A DNA stretch of 64,000 bases, from IMG/VR virus record IMGVR_UViG_3300010149_000008; one strand, 5' to 3'. Within the stretch, counting starts at the first letter, position 1, and each line of letters starts with the position of its first letter. The position numbers were made by a program, and so were the translations under genes. The notes beneath the pieces are model-generated. The model searched no databases and was not told the origin of the DNA. It saw only the letters and a list, made by a program, of their open reading frames with translations. Origin of the DNA: a virus (taxonomy: Duplodnaviria > Caudoviricetes). Shown one piece after another: positions 10,669 to 22,100 of this stretch.

Positions 10669-12299
10669 TGACTAACTTATTATTAAGTAATTCACCTGAT
10701 TTTTATTTAGACATAGATACTAATTTTATATACAATCTATACAACGAAAATGAAACTCAAATTGACGATAGCATTATAATAAGCAATAATAACAACTTTT
10801 ACAAAGCTATAGAATTAAAAGTAAAAGCAAGAACAAAATACAACAAAAGAGTTTTAAAGTTTTATGAGAGCATATCAATAGCAGATTTCAAGCTTCTTAA
10901 TAATAAAAACTTAAATATAGATACTTTGTTTTATTTTAATCACGTTCATAAGTTAGATGAAAACTTAATAAATTTAAATTATGATACAGACACAGATAGT
11001 ATTCAAGCAATTAATGATTACTACAACATAAATAATAATAAATTCGAATTAGCAAAAAAATTCATAGAAGCAAACAAGAAAATAAGTGTTAACAAAAATT
11101 TTGAAAAAGAATTTTTAAACTTAAATTATTCTAATGACTTTTTTACTAATAGTAATAATTCTAATTACAACTTTTACAGAAACTTTCTTGATAAAACAAT
11201 AATTGATTTCGGTAAAGACATTAAAGAAGTAGTACTAAATAAAAATTTTAATGTTTATAGAAAAAAGTCAGTTTATCAATCAAATAACGACTTTACACCT
11301 TATTATATAAACATAGGATTTTTAATAGAAAAGTACGTAAAAAATCAGAATGACTATAAAAAATCAACTTCTTATTTTAAGTACAACATGCAGAATGAAA
11401 CAATTCCTAGATTAAGTAGAGGATTAAAAGATCATACTATTGATTATAGTTTTACTATAAAAGATAATGCAGTAAAGTATGGTAGTACATACAAATATGT
11501 TGTCTATCCAGTATTTGTAACAAGTTTACCTTCTAGACTTGATTACCATACACTTGACGAATTTATAGTATGCGATTTTCCATACATAACAAAAGACATT
11601 GAATGTAAAGAAACGATTAGACCAATACCTCCATCTCAAATTTACTTTAAGTACATAAAGAGTCAGGACAATGTCAAGTTAGAGTGGTCAATACCATTAG
11701 AAGAACAAGGTGATGTGAAAGGATATCAGATTTTTAAAAGACATAGTCTTGAAGATCCTTTTGTCTTAATAAGACAGCTAGAATTTCATAACAAAAATGA
11801 CTTATATTCTAGAAATGAAAATGTAAGTGAGTCTATTGTTGAAATTTTAGAAAGAGAAGGCGATACTTTTTACTATGACAATAGTTTCAAAAAAGAAAAG
11901 ACGCAAATATATGCTATATGCTCAATTGATGCACACGGATTTGTATCAAATTATTCTTCACAGTATGCAGTAAGATATAATAGCTACAAAAAAAGCTGTG
12001 AAATTGATCTTATAAGTACAGAAGGTGCTCCTTTACATATGCCGAATTTAATGATACCTAGAAAAACAAAGTTCTATGAAAATGAAGATTATATTGTCAA
12101 CAATATTCCTATTGAAGAAAAAGTTAAAAAATTTACTTTGTATGTAACACCTGAGTATAACAAGTTAGGAACAGGTGAATCAGTTTACAGGACAGTGCTT
12201 GGAGACAATTATAAATTAAGCATATTTAAGTTAGAAAATTCTGATGTGTATACTGAAGATATACAGATAAAAAACTTTAATAACGAAAATTTTATTTAA
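10668..12299 (+). CDS. Hypothetical structural protein with C-terminal FN3/Ig-like domain
   Basis: PPSQIYF...VKLEWSIP...VKGYQIFKR matches the fibronectin type III pattern. Confidence 0.5.
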   Translation: MTNLLLSNSPDFYLDIDTNFIYNLYNENETQIDDSIIISNNNNFYKAIELKVKARTKYNKRVLKFYESISIADFKLLNNKNLNIDTLFYFNHVHKLDENLINLNYDTDTDSIQAINDYYNINNNKFELAKKFIEANKKISVNKNFEKEFLNLNYSNDFFTNSNNSNYNFYRNFLDKTIIDFGKDIKEVVLNKNFNVYRKKSVYQSNNDFTPYYINIGFLIEKYVKNQNDYKKSTSYFKYNMQNETIPRLSRGLKDHTIDYSFTIKDNAVKYGSTYKYVVYPVFVTSLPSRLDYHTLDEFIVCDFPYITKDIECKETIRPIPPSQIYFKYIKSQDNVKLEWSIPLEEQGDVKGYQIFKRHSLEDPFVLIRQLEFHNKNDLYSRNENVSESIVEILEREGDTFYYDNSFKKEKTQIYAICSIDAHGFVSNYSSQYAVRYNSYKKSCEIDLISTEGAPLHMPNLMIPRKTKFYENEDYIVNNIPIEEKVKKFTLYVTPEYNKLGTGESVYRTVLGDNYKLSIFKLENSDVYTEDIQIKNFNNENFI

Positions 12300-12318
12300 C
12301 CTTTAATTTACTTAGATT

Positions 12319-12327
12319 ATATTTATA
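12319..12327 (+). promoter_or_regulatory. Putative late-promoter motif (ATATTTATA)
   Basis: 32 nt upstream of ATG 12351. Confidence 0.45.
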
Positions 12328-12350
12328 AACACTAGAAAGGCGCCTATAAT

Positions 12351-13112
12351 ATGGGATTTTTAAATCACAGCACAAACAATATTATAATAGATGCAGTACT
12401 AACTGAACGTGGTAGAGAACTTTTAGCAAGAAACGATGGTAGTTTTAATATTTCGTCGTTTGTTTTTGGCGATGATGAGGTCGACTACTCTATTATAAAA
12501 AAATACGGATTAACAATCGGAAAAGAAAAAATAGAAAAGAATACGCCTGTTTTTGAAGCAAACCCTAACGAAAACATTGCAATTAAACATTCACTTATCT
12601 CTTTTCCTAATCCTTTAACAAGGTTAACTCAGATTCCAACTTTAAAATGGTCAAATAGATCAACATCTGAAAGTAAAGTCGACTTATTTGACACAAGAGC
12701 TTCGGAAACTGATACTAGTAGTGTAGGTGTTACTAAAAAAATTATAATTAAAAATAGCATTACAGGGACAGTTGAAGGTCTTTTAGATGAAAACATAACT
12801 GATTCTTCATTTTTTGTTAAAGTCCATGGCTCTTTACTTAAAATTTCAGGAGAAGAAGTTGAAGACACTGATATTAATGGTATTGATACATATTCTATTA
12901 AAACAGACACAGCTGACGATTTTGAGTGGAGCAATCAAGTTCAAGGAATTTTTACTGTATTTTCAAATGGTGTAGTTTCATCATCTGACTTTGAAAAATT
13001 TGCATCGATAAGTAATGCAAACAAAATCAATACTTCGATTCAAGTAATAGGTGCTTCTTCTGGCGCAACTTTAGTAATTCCTGTTACAATTTCAAAGAGA
13101 TCAACAACTTAA
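12351..13112 (+). CDS. Putative baseplate/tail-collar-like protein
   Basis: MGFLNHSTNNIIIDAVLTERGRELLARNDGSFNISSFVFGDDEVDY resembles the N-terminal half of tail-collar/baseplate domains. Confidence 0.55.
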   Translation: MGFLNHSTNNIIIDAVLTERGRELLARNDGSFNISSFVFGDDEVDYSIIKKYGLTIGKEKIEKNTPVFEANPNENIAIKHSLISFPNPLTRLTQIPTLKWSNRSTSESKVDLFDTRASETDTSSVGVTKKIIIKNSITGTVEGLLDENITDSSFFVKVHGSLLKISGEEVEDTDINGIDTYSIKTDTADDFEWSNQVQGIFTVFSNGVVSSSDFEKFASISNANKINTSIQVIGASSGATLVIPVTISKRSTT

Positions 13113-13128
13113 TAGAAAGAAATAACAC

Positions 13129-14760
13129 ATGTCAGAATTATCAGGTTCATTTATATCAATAGATGAAAGCAATAAAAACACTAGCAAGTCATCAATACAA
13201 CAATTAGTAGATATTGTTCAATCAGATATTGCTAGCATTAGTAGTACTACTAGAAAGTCATATGAAGTATTTGTAAGTGGAGGAATAAATTTACACCCTA
13301 TTACTAGTTCATTATATCAGACAGTATTTGACCAAGATTTTACATTAGGAACTGCAAACCCTTTGTTTGACATAACTATGGGTTCATTAGAAGAAGTTTC
13401 ACAAAATGCACAAGGAGAAACTATTGCAACAGTCAACGGTATTAGCGCTTCTTATGATGCAGGAGGAAAACTAACAGGATTTGGTAACGATACTGCAATG
13501 ATGCGTGAAAAAGTCAACGTTTACAAACAGTTTGCACAAAACCTCTTAGGTGACTCAAATGAAGCTTTTGTTTCTCCTCATGGAGAAATACCTCCTGATA
13601 CACCTTCAGCAGACCCTGCAATTGCAATAAAAGAAGCAAAGAGCATCAAGGGTGCTGTTTTTTTATGTTTTAGAAGGCTTTTTACTAGAGATAATATATT
13701 TAAAGGATCTTACGGTATAAAGCTTCACAAGAAAGCTTCTCTTTTATACTCTGATTTTGTAAGCACAGATGCTAGTAATAGACAGACTGGAACTTCGATT
13801 TCAAACATTAACATACAAGCTGATTTAAATTCAACTGATGGTAATACTGCTTCAATATACGATGATAGAATATCTACTACAAACATGTCAGTTAGTCCTA
13901 TTGCTGGTGAAGTTTCTACTCTAATGGATTCTAATTCAAATCCAATTGGTCTAGTTTATTATGATAGCGGGATTATTGTTTTGGACGTCGAAAGAGCTTT
14001 TGATTCAGATCAAATTATTAGAGGCTTAATTGACTCTACTAGACAGAATTCTGTTACTTATCCTAGTGGAGATACTACAGAATATGACGGGCCTTTTTAT
14101 GTTTATGGTTCAACTGTAGCAGATGGAGCTGGTTATTTTTATCCAGTATACACTTCTGATTTTGATGGTAGTAATTCAGAACCTTTTACGGACTTGCAAG
14201 TTTTAGATAAAGATAACAATGCTGTAAATGTTGGTGCTGTTCAATTTTATCACAATGCTAGCACTTCAACTAGAGGAAGTGCCGTAAGACCTACAAGTGG
14301 AGAAGCTTTGTTTGTTCCTAACTTGAGTGATGTATATTACTCAAGCGAGTTAGTCAAACAATTTTCTGCAGGAGATGGAAAATCGCAAATCAATGAGAGC
14401 TTTTACCCGGGACTTTGGACAAAAGGTACAGTTGATGATGTATTAGATCATGTCTGCACTACTAGATTTGGTAGAGGCAATCTTTCAGCTATTTCTTTTA
14501 GAAATGAAACAGTAATAAATTCTAGTCTTATATTCTGCAGAGCAGCACCTTCCCAGTTAAATTACTCTACTAATCCTACTTATAAAGATTCAGATGGAAA
14601 TATTGTTGCTTTAAATTCTAACAATGAGCCTTTTAGTTTTGTAACAACTGTAGGCCTTTATGATGCTGATAGGTTTTTGTTAGCTGTAGCAAAAACCTCT
14701 AGACCTATAGAGAAAAACCCAGAAACTGATCTTTCTATAAGAATTAGATTGGATTACTAA
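13129..14760 (+). CDS. Putative baseplate protein with tail-collar-like C-terminus
   Basis: C-terminal FVTTVGLYDADRFLLAVAKTSRPIEKNPETDLSIRIRLDY. Confidence 0.55.
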   Translation: MSELSGSFISIDESNKNTSKSSIQQLVDIVQSDIASISSTTRKSYEVFVSGGINLHPITSSLYQTVFDQDFTLGTANPLFDITMGSLEEVSQNAQGETIATVNGISASYDAGGKLTGFGNDTAMMREKVNVYKQFAQNLLGDSNEAFVSPHGEIPPDTPSADPAIAIKEAKSIKGAVFLCFRRLFTRDNIFKGSYGIKLHKKASLLYSDFVSTDASNRQTGTSISNINIQADLNSTDGNTASIYDDRISTTNMSVSPIAGEVSTLMDSNSNPIGLVYYDSGIIVLDVERAFDSDQIIRGLIDSTRQNSVTYPSGDTTEYDGPFYVYGSTVADGAGYFYPVYTSDFDGSNSEPFTDLQVLDKDNNAVNVGAVQFYHNASTSTRGSAVRPTSGEALFVPNLSDVYYSSELVKQFSAGDGKSQINESFYPGLWTKGTVDDVLDHVCTTRFGRGNLSAISFRNETVINSSLIFCRAAPSQLNYSTNPTYKDSDGNIVALNSNNEPFSFVTTVGLYDADRFLLAVAKTSRPIEKNPETDLSIRIRLDY

Positions 14761-14769
14761 GGTGGACTT

Positions 14770-17628
14770 ATGACGTTTGTGCCTTTAACTCAAAAAAACT
14801 TTGTTGTCAATAAAATAAATAATACCATTAAAATAGATTATAAAGACTCTGATATACAAACTCATGTATGTGATAAGTCTATTGATTCAAAAAGCTTAAT
14901 TAATTTAAATAATTTTGTTGGTATAACAAACAAAGAATGCAACGTTTTAGATACAGACGCTGAAGCAAATTCAAAAAAAAATAGGATTAAATCTTTCTAT
15001 TCAAGTGTTTCAAATAATGAAATGTCTGCCGAAGAATATTTCGAAGCAAAGTCTTCGCTTAATGATAACAGCATTTTTAATGATAATATAAAAGAGTTTA
15101 ATTTTAAAAATTATTTTAAAGTAGAAAGAATTGATCAGAAATTTCTACCAAATAGCTTTGAACTTCAAAAAAAAAATATTGTTAAAAACAGTTTATATAA
15201 AGACTATAGCGAAAACTATTCTCTAGACTTTTATAAAGATCTAAGAAAAGGTTTTTGCAATTACAATTCTATCAACTTTTTCTCTCAAAGACTAGATCCT
15301 CAGATTAATCATACTAATTGTTTAATTTGGCCAAATCCATATGCTGACAATAAGCATCTTTACGATGTGTATAATAATAATTTAACTTTTTCTTTTTATT
15401 TAAATTTAAGAAAAAACTACAGTACACATAATCAACCTGAATGTATTTTACATGTACCAAGGCTTTTAAGCCTTTACACAGTAAGAAGTATAAATGCTTC
15501 TAACGGTCACAGAATTTGTGTAGTTTTAGGTGACAACGCATCAAAAAAATTAAAAGATTTAAAACCATCAATATTTAATTCTTCAAATAAAAATATTGAT
15601 AATCAATTAGGTACTTATATTTCTTCTGATTTAAACTTAATTAATAATAGATGGTATAATATATGTATTGCATTAAATAAAAACGTAGATAATTCTCGAG
15701 AAATTGAAGTATTTATTGACGGAGTTTCTGTTGACAAAATAGACTTAGAATTTCAGAATTCTGTAGATTTAAATCATGATAGCTATATTTGTTTAGGAAA
15801 TAAGCCTGATTATCTAAACAATTCAGATAACACATATAAGGATGACTATAACAAGATATTTTATCAATTTTTTGGAGCAAAGTATAACAACGAAAAACCA
15901 GTTTCAGGACCTTCAATAGTCAAAGATTTAAGTTTAGGTAAGAGCAGTTGGGAAGAAACTGGTCAGTACAACATAGAAGACATCATAATCAATAATAATG
16001 CAGTTAACTTTGAAGAAGCAATTCAATTAAATTCTGAGTCTTTCCATGGAGAAATACATGATTTAAGAATATATACTCAAAACATAAACGAGGAAAAACT
16101 AGAAAATATTTGCAACAATACTATTGATAATGTTAGTAAAGAAATAGAAGACTTTAATCTTTGCTTTTATATACCTAATTTCTATATAAGTGATTATGTT
16201 TTTAAAAGAACAATGGTTAACGCTAGTAATGAAAAAATGAACACTTACTTTTCATGCTTATATAACCCATATTTGTCAAATACGTGTGGTGGTTTAGAAG
16301 TCTCGAGTGAATCTTTCTTGTTAGACTTTGTTAATTTAACAAAGCCAAACGTAGTAATAGGCGGTGCAGAATATATTAATACTCACGATGATAATTCAAG
16401 TAACAGTATGTCTTCTTTAGTTAGTACAACTAATGATATTAGTGATATAAGGAAAGGAATATTAGCTAGCAGAATATACAATAAAAATATTTCTGATATT
16501 TCACATGAGTTCTTTAGTGTAAACAAAAATAACAATCTTACGTATAGAAATTTATTGCTATTACCTAATGACAATGGAATTCCTAAAGTTAATTTTAATA
16601 TAATTAATGATCTTTCTAGTGAAATCAATAGATCTAAAAATGTTTATGATATAACAGATTATCATATTAGTACTGATAATGTTATAGATGATAATTTACA
16701 CTATACAGACTTAAATCATAGTTTAATATTAGATGATAATAGTTTAAGTTTTGAAATTAATTTAGCTAATAATATAAATTATGATTTTATATTTACAAAC
16801 GATTTACTCTATAATGTAAGTAACATAGTATATCATGATATTAGACTCAACAACATGTCAGAATTAAATATAAGTAACAATCTTTTTATTAACAAAGTAG
16901 ACAAAGTTAGAAATTATTATAGTTTTAGTGATTCAAATCCTGTATTAAGAGATTATAAGCATAGTCCTTTAAGTTTTAATTTAAATAATATAAGTACTAT
17001 TAAAGAGCAAGATACTTATATTAGTGATACAAAAATAACATATTTAAACCTTTTATTACCTTACTCATCAACTAACCTTGATTATGACTGTATATTTATT
17101 AATATCTTTGATGTTTCTAGTAAATTGTACAACAAAAAATTAAATAAAAATTCAATATTACTTTCAGATGACAGCATATCATCAACAAACAATAATGTTT
17201 CACTTATCTTTAAAGATGACGGTTATGGTTCTATGTACAGAGCTGATTGTTTGACAAAGCATGCAGTATGGAACTACGTAGGTCATTCATTTTACAAAGA
17301 AGGAATTATAGTTTTAAATAGACCTGAGCTTTCATATTTTGGTCAAGAAGATTATAGCTTAAGTTTTGAAACTGACTTTTCTATGTATGTTCATGAAATA
17401 AACATACCAGCTGAAGCAGGTTTATTAAACAAGTCTAATAATAAAACATATAATCCAGATCTAAGACAAGATCAAAGTGCATTTAATTCTGAAAGTTCTT
17501 TTGTTTATATTACTGATATAAATCTACATGATGAAAATTTAAATATAATAGCTCGAGCTAAATTAGCTAGACCTGCGCCTAAGAAAAACGAAGACAGCAT
17601 TTTGTTTAAATTAAAAATGGATTATTAA
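14770..17628 (+). CDS. Baseplate/receptor-binding-like protein with LamG (ConA-like) domain and tail-collar-like C-terminus
   Basis: WYNICIAL...IEVFIDG...YICLG...FHGEIHDLRIY (LamG); C-terminal YITDINLHDENLNIIARAKLARPAPKK...KLKMDY is paralogous to 13129. Confidence 0.6.
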   Translation: MTFVPLTQKNFVVNKINNTIKIDYKDSDIQTHVCDKSIDSKSLINLNNFVGITNKECNVLDTDAEANSKKNRIKSFYSSVSNNEMSAEEYFEAKSSLNDNSIFNDNIKEFNFKNYFKVERIDQKFLPNSFELQKKNIVKNSLYKDYSENYSLDFYKDLRKGFCNYNSINFFSQRLDPQINHTNCLIWPNPYADNKHLYDVYNNNLTFSFYLNLRKNYSTHNQPECILHVPRLLSLYTVRSINASNGHRICVVLGDNASKKLKDLKPSIFNSSNKNIDNQLGTYISSDLNLINNRWYNICIALNKNVDNSREIEVFIDGVSVDKIDLEFQNSVDLNHDSYICLGNKPDYLNNSDNTYKDDYNKIFYQFFGAKYNNEKPVSGPSIVKDLSLGKSSWEETGQYNIEDIIINNNAVNFEEAIQLNSESFHGEIHDLRIYTQNINEEKLENICNNTIDNVSKEIEDFNLCFYIPNFYISDYVFKRTMVNASNEKMNTYFSCLYNPYLSNTCGGLEVSSESFLLDFVNLTKPNVVIGGAEYINTHDDNSSNSMSSLVSTTNDISDIRKGILASRIYNKNISDISHEFFSVNKNNNLTYRNLLLLPNDNGIPKVNFNIINDLSSEINRSKNVYDITDYHISTDNVIDDNLHYTDLNHSLILDDNSLSFEINLANNINYDFIFTNDLLYNVSNIVYHDIRLNNMSELNISNNLFINKVDKVRNYYSFSDSNPVLRDYKHSPLSFNLNNISTIKEQDTYISDTKITYLNLLLPYSSTNLDYDCIFINIFDVSSKLYNKKLNKNSILLSDDSISSTNNNVSLIFKDDGYGSMYRADCLTKHAVWNYVGHSFYKEGIIVLNRPELSYFGQEDYSLSFETDFSMYVHEINIPAEAGLLNKSNNKTYNPDLRQDQSAFNSESSFVYITDINLHDENLNIIARAKLARPAPKKNEDSILFKLKMDY

Positions 17629-17630
17629 TA

Positions 17631-18191
17631 ATGCAAAGTTACTGTTTAGGTTTAGATATATCTACTTCTATTATTGGAATATCAATATTTGAAAATAAAA
17701 AAATGAAAGATCTTTTTTATATAGATCTTACAAAGACTAAGTGTATGTTTGATAAAGCAAAAAATTACAGGCTTTTTTTAGAAGAGAAGCTTAAACTTTT
17801 CAATATAGAAAACATCTACGTAGAAGATACATTACAGTCATTTGCTAGAGGTCTATCTTCAGCAAAAACTCTTATGACATTAGCAAAATTTAACGGTGTT
17901 ATTTCTAACATTACATTTGAACTAACTGGAATCAAACCTGAGTTTATAAATGTTAATGTTGCTAGAAAAACATTAGGGATTAAAATAGATAAGAGCATTG
18001 ATAAAGACAAAAAAGAACAAGTTATGGACTGGGTTGCTTCTGACATTGGTCACTACGATTGGCCTACTAAAACTATTTCACGAGGTAAAAATAAAGGGCT
18101 TGTAAAATATGAAAAATTTTGTTATGATATAGCTGACGCATATGTGATATGTAAAGCAGGTATTATAATAAATGAGCAAAATATCAAATAG
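17631..18191 (+). CDS. ruvC: RuvC-like Holliday junction resolvase
   Basis: LGLDISTS, IYVED and DIADAY acidic catalytic motifs of the RuvC fold. Confidence 0.8.
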   Translation: MQSYCLGLDISTSIIGISIFENKKMKDLFYIDLTKTKCMFDKAKNYRLFLEEKLKLFNIENIYVEDTLQSFARGLSSAKTLMTLAKFNGVISNITFELTGIKPEFINVNVARKTLGIKIDKSIDKDKKEQVMDWVASDIGHYDWPTKTISRGKNKGLVKYEKFCYDIADAYVICKAGIIINEQNIK

Positions 18192-19137
18192 ACTAGATTT
18201 TATAGATAAACATATTCAAAACTATACAGTTTCAAAAGACGGAGTTAACTTAAATATTTGGTGCCCTTTTTGTAAAGATTCAAATAGAAATAAATTAAAA
18301 ATGGTGATTCATTTAGAAAAATGCTTTTATCATTGTTGGGTTTGTGATAAAAAAGGTTCGAACGTATCTTATCTTTTTTCTAAAATTAGTAGAAATATTT
18401 CTGAACTATCTAAAGCAGTTTTCTTAAACAGAAAAGCAAAAATTAGTATATTTGATGAAGAAATAGAGGAAGAAAATATAGAACCAGTAAACTTACCAGA
18501 AGGTTTTAGGTTCTTCATTCAAGACTTTAATCTTTCAGACCCTAATGTTAGAGACGTTTTTAAATACGCAAAAAACAGAGGAATAGATAAACATAAACTT
18601 CACATATTAAGAGCAGGCTATTCTTTAAATAGCAGTTTATGCAGATATCTTATTCTTCCGTCATATGACAAAAAAGGAGAGTTAAACTTCTATGTTTCTA
18701 GAAATATAGATTCTGATACTACATGTTCATTTAAATATAAAAATGCACATGTGCCTAAAAAATCTATTATATTTAATGAAATCAATATAGACTGGAGCTT
18801 GCCTTTAACAATCGTTGAAGGTCCACTTGATCTCATTAAGACAAATGATAACGCAACATGTTTACTAGGATCAGCTTTAAATGAAGATATGAAGCTGTTT
18901 CAAGAAATAGTAAAAAATAAAACTAAAGTTAACTTAGCACTTGATAGCGATGTATATCATAAAACAGTTCGAATTGCAAAGTTATTAAGTAGCTACGATA
19001 TCAATGTTGATATTTTAGATACTAGAGGTAGTGAAGACGTTGGTGATATGTCAAAAGAAAAGTTCAGTGAAATTCTAGATAATTCTAAATCTTTTAGCGA
19101 AAACGACACTTTGCTAGCAAAAATAAGATCTTTATAA
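18172..19137 (+). CDS. dnaG: DNA primase (Zn finger + TOPRIM)
   Basis: CPFC...CWVC zinc finger; IVEGPLD, LALDSD and EDVGD TOPRIM motifs. Confidence 0.85.
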   Translation: MSKISNRLDFIDKHIQNYTVSKDGVNLNIWCPFCKDSNRNKLKMVIHLEKCFYHCWVCDKKGSNVSYLFSKISRNISELSKAVFLNRKAKISIFDEEIEEENIEPVNLPEGFRFFIQDFNLSDPNVRDVFKYAKNRGIDKHKLHILRAGYSLNSSLCRYLILPSYDKKGELNFYVSRNIDSDTTCSFKYKNAHVPKKSIIFNEINIDWSLPLTIVEGPLDLIKTNDNATCLLGSALNEDMKLFQEIVKNKTKVNLALDSDVYHKTVRIAKLLSSYDINVDILDTRGSEDVGDMSKEKFSEILDNSKSFSENDTLLAKIRSL

Positions 19138-19148
19138 AAGGACTAAAA

Positions 19149-22100
19149 ATGTTTAAATGTGCACATATAAGTGATGTACACTTCAGAAGTCTTAAAAGAC
19201 ACGACGAATATAAAACTGTTTTTGAAAAAGTATTCAATAGTCTTAGAGACATAAAAGACTTAGACGCAATATTTATTGGCGGTGATATTGTTCATTCTAA
19301 GACACAAGGTATTACGCCAGAGTTAATTGACATTCTTAACTGGTGGTTTACATCAATATCTAATATAGCACCAACGTACGTTATTTTAGGTAACCATGAC
19401 GGCTTGATTTTAAATGAAAACAGGCAAGATGCTATAACGCCTATAATAAATGCTCTAAATAATAAAAATATATTTTTATATAAACAAAGTGGTGTTTATC
19501 CTTTAGCAGTAAATAAAACTGGATTAAAAATAAACTGGTGCATATTTTCTTGTTTTGATGAAAAAAATTGGTCAAATGTAAAACCAGTTGATAATGAAAT
19601 AAATATTGCATGTTTTCATGGTGCAGTAGCTGGTTCTAAAACTGATGTCGACTGGGAACTTGAAGGTGAAGTTCACTCTACTTTTTTTATTGATTTTGAT
19701 TTTGGGTTTTTAGGTGATATACACAAAAAGCAGTATTTAGACTCAGAAAAAAGAATAGCTTATCCAGGAAGCACAATTCAACAAAATTACGGAGAAGATA
19801 TAACAAAAGGCTTTTTAGTTTGGGAAATAAAAAGTAAAAATGATTTTAAATCTAGGTTTATTAGAGTTGAAAACCCATGTCCTTTTTTAACTTTAGACTG
19901 GAGAGGAAACATTGAAGAAACAATACTTTTTGCTTCAAAAGTTAAAAAAGGTGTTAGATTTAGAGTAAGATCAGATAAAAGCATATCTCAGGCTGAAATA
20001 AAGCTTATACATCACTATTTAAAAAATGAAAAATGCGCAAAAGAAATTGTATATCAAGTAAACAGTACAAAAAACAATAAAAGCATCGAATTGTGCGGAA
20101 ATTCTCAACAAAGTCTTAACATAAGAAAAAAGTCTGATAGAAAAACTTTAATTAACGACTATTTTGAAAAAATTGACGAAAATACAGTTGAAAAAATTGA
20201 CGAAATATTTATAAAGACACTTGATAAAATACCTCAAAATTTAAAAGATGTTTTTGGGCAAAAGTGGTCTATTAATTCATTAGAATTTGACAATACTTTT
20301 TCTTATGGTAAAAACAATTATATAAATTTTGATAATATGAACGGTATTATTGGTCTATTTGGAAACAATAGATCAGGAAAGTCATCAATACCTGGGACTT
20401 TAATGTACAATTTGTTTAATACTACTGATAGAGGCTCACTTAGAAATCAAGACATTGTAAACATTAGAAAAGGTTCATGCAGATCAGAAGCAAAAATCAC
20501 TATTGGCACTAAGCAATATACTATTGTTAGAGAAACTACCAAGAAAACAAATAAAAGAAAAGAAATATCTGCAACTACTTCGCTTAAACTTACTTCATTC
20601 AATGATTTAGTTGATGAAACAGAAGAACAAAGAAGAGAAACAGAAAAAATACTTAAAAAGCTCATTGGCAGCTCAGAGGACTTTCTTTACACATCTTTTG
20701 CATCTCAAGGAGACATTAACACTTTTATAAAGGAAAAAAACAGCGCTAGAAAATCAATTCTTTCTAAGTTTTTAAATATTCAAATATACGAAGAGCTATA
20801 TAAACAATCTCGAGACGAATATTCAATGCTTAAATCTTTACTCGGAAGCAAAGAAGAAAAAGATTGGAGCGTGATAACTTTAGAAAAATCTAACTTTATA
20901 GACTCAGACAAACTTTTGATCGATAAAAAGCAAGATGAAATTTCAAAAGATAGAAAAGAACTAGTAAGTTTAAACGTAGATCTAGAAAATTTAAGAAGAA
21001 ACAACAAAAAACATGCTTCAGGGCATAATATAGTATCAGCTAAAAAAGAAAAGTTGTACTTAGAAAGTAAACTAGAAGATCTTACTATAAAAAGAAGTAA
21101 TTTTTCTAAAAAAAGAGAAGATACAATAAACGCGCTAGATAAAATTGAAGCTTTTAAGGAAAGCTTTTCTATAGATGATCTTAATGCTGAAAAAGAAAGA
21201 CTAAGCCTTTTAGAGAAAAAGTTAAATGTTTTTAAGTCAACACTATCAGAAGCTAATAAAAACAAAAACAATATTGAAAATGAAATAAAAATACTTGATC
21301 AAGTACCATGCGGAAACATGTTTAAAACTTGCAAGTTTATTGTTAAAGCTCATGATCAAAAAGATAAGATAGAAGAAGTAAAAAATGAAATAGTTGATTT
21401 AGAATCAAATGTTTTAGAATTAAACAATATTGTTAGAAGACTACAAGACACTCAAATAAATGAAAAAATAATTAAGTTTGAAAATATTTTAAATAAAGAG
21501 TATAAGTTAAAATTAGATCTTGAAAGCATTAATACTAAAGATGAGTTTAATAACAAATCAATAAGCTCTGTTTTAACTAAAATAGAAAATATTAATACAA
21601 TATTAAAAGAAATTGAAAACCTAAACTTACAGCAATCTGTTAACAAAGAAAATACAATTCAGGATAATATTAAAGAAATACAAAGAAATATAAGCAATAA
21701 CGAAGTTGAAGTTTTAAATTTAAATAAAAATATATTTTCTCTTGAGCAACAGATAAAAAACATAGAAATAGAAAAATCAGAATATTATAAATTAATTGAA
21801 GAATTTAGAATAAATGATATATTTTCAACTTTGGTATCTAAAAAAGGAATACCTACTATGTTAATTAATTCTTACCTACCAAAGATAAATCAAGAAATAA
21901 ACTCTATTTTAAGTGGAGTTACTTCTTTTAAGATTTATTTAGAAGAAGAAGAAAAAAATAATAATCTAAATGTTTATATTGATTACGGCGACTCAAAAAG
22001 AATTATAGAATGTGCAAGTGGAATGGAAAAAATGATGGCTTCAATAGCAATAAGAGTAGCTTTTATTAATATATCTTCTTTAGCAAAATCTGATATTTTC

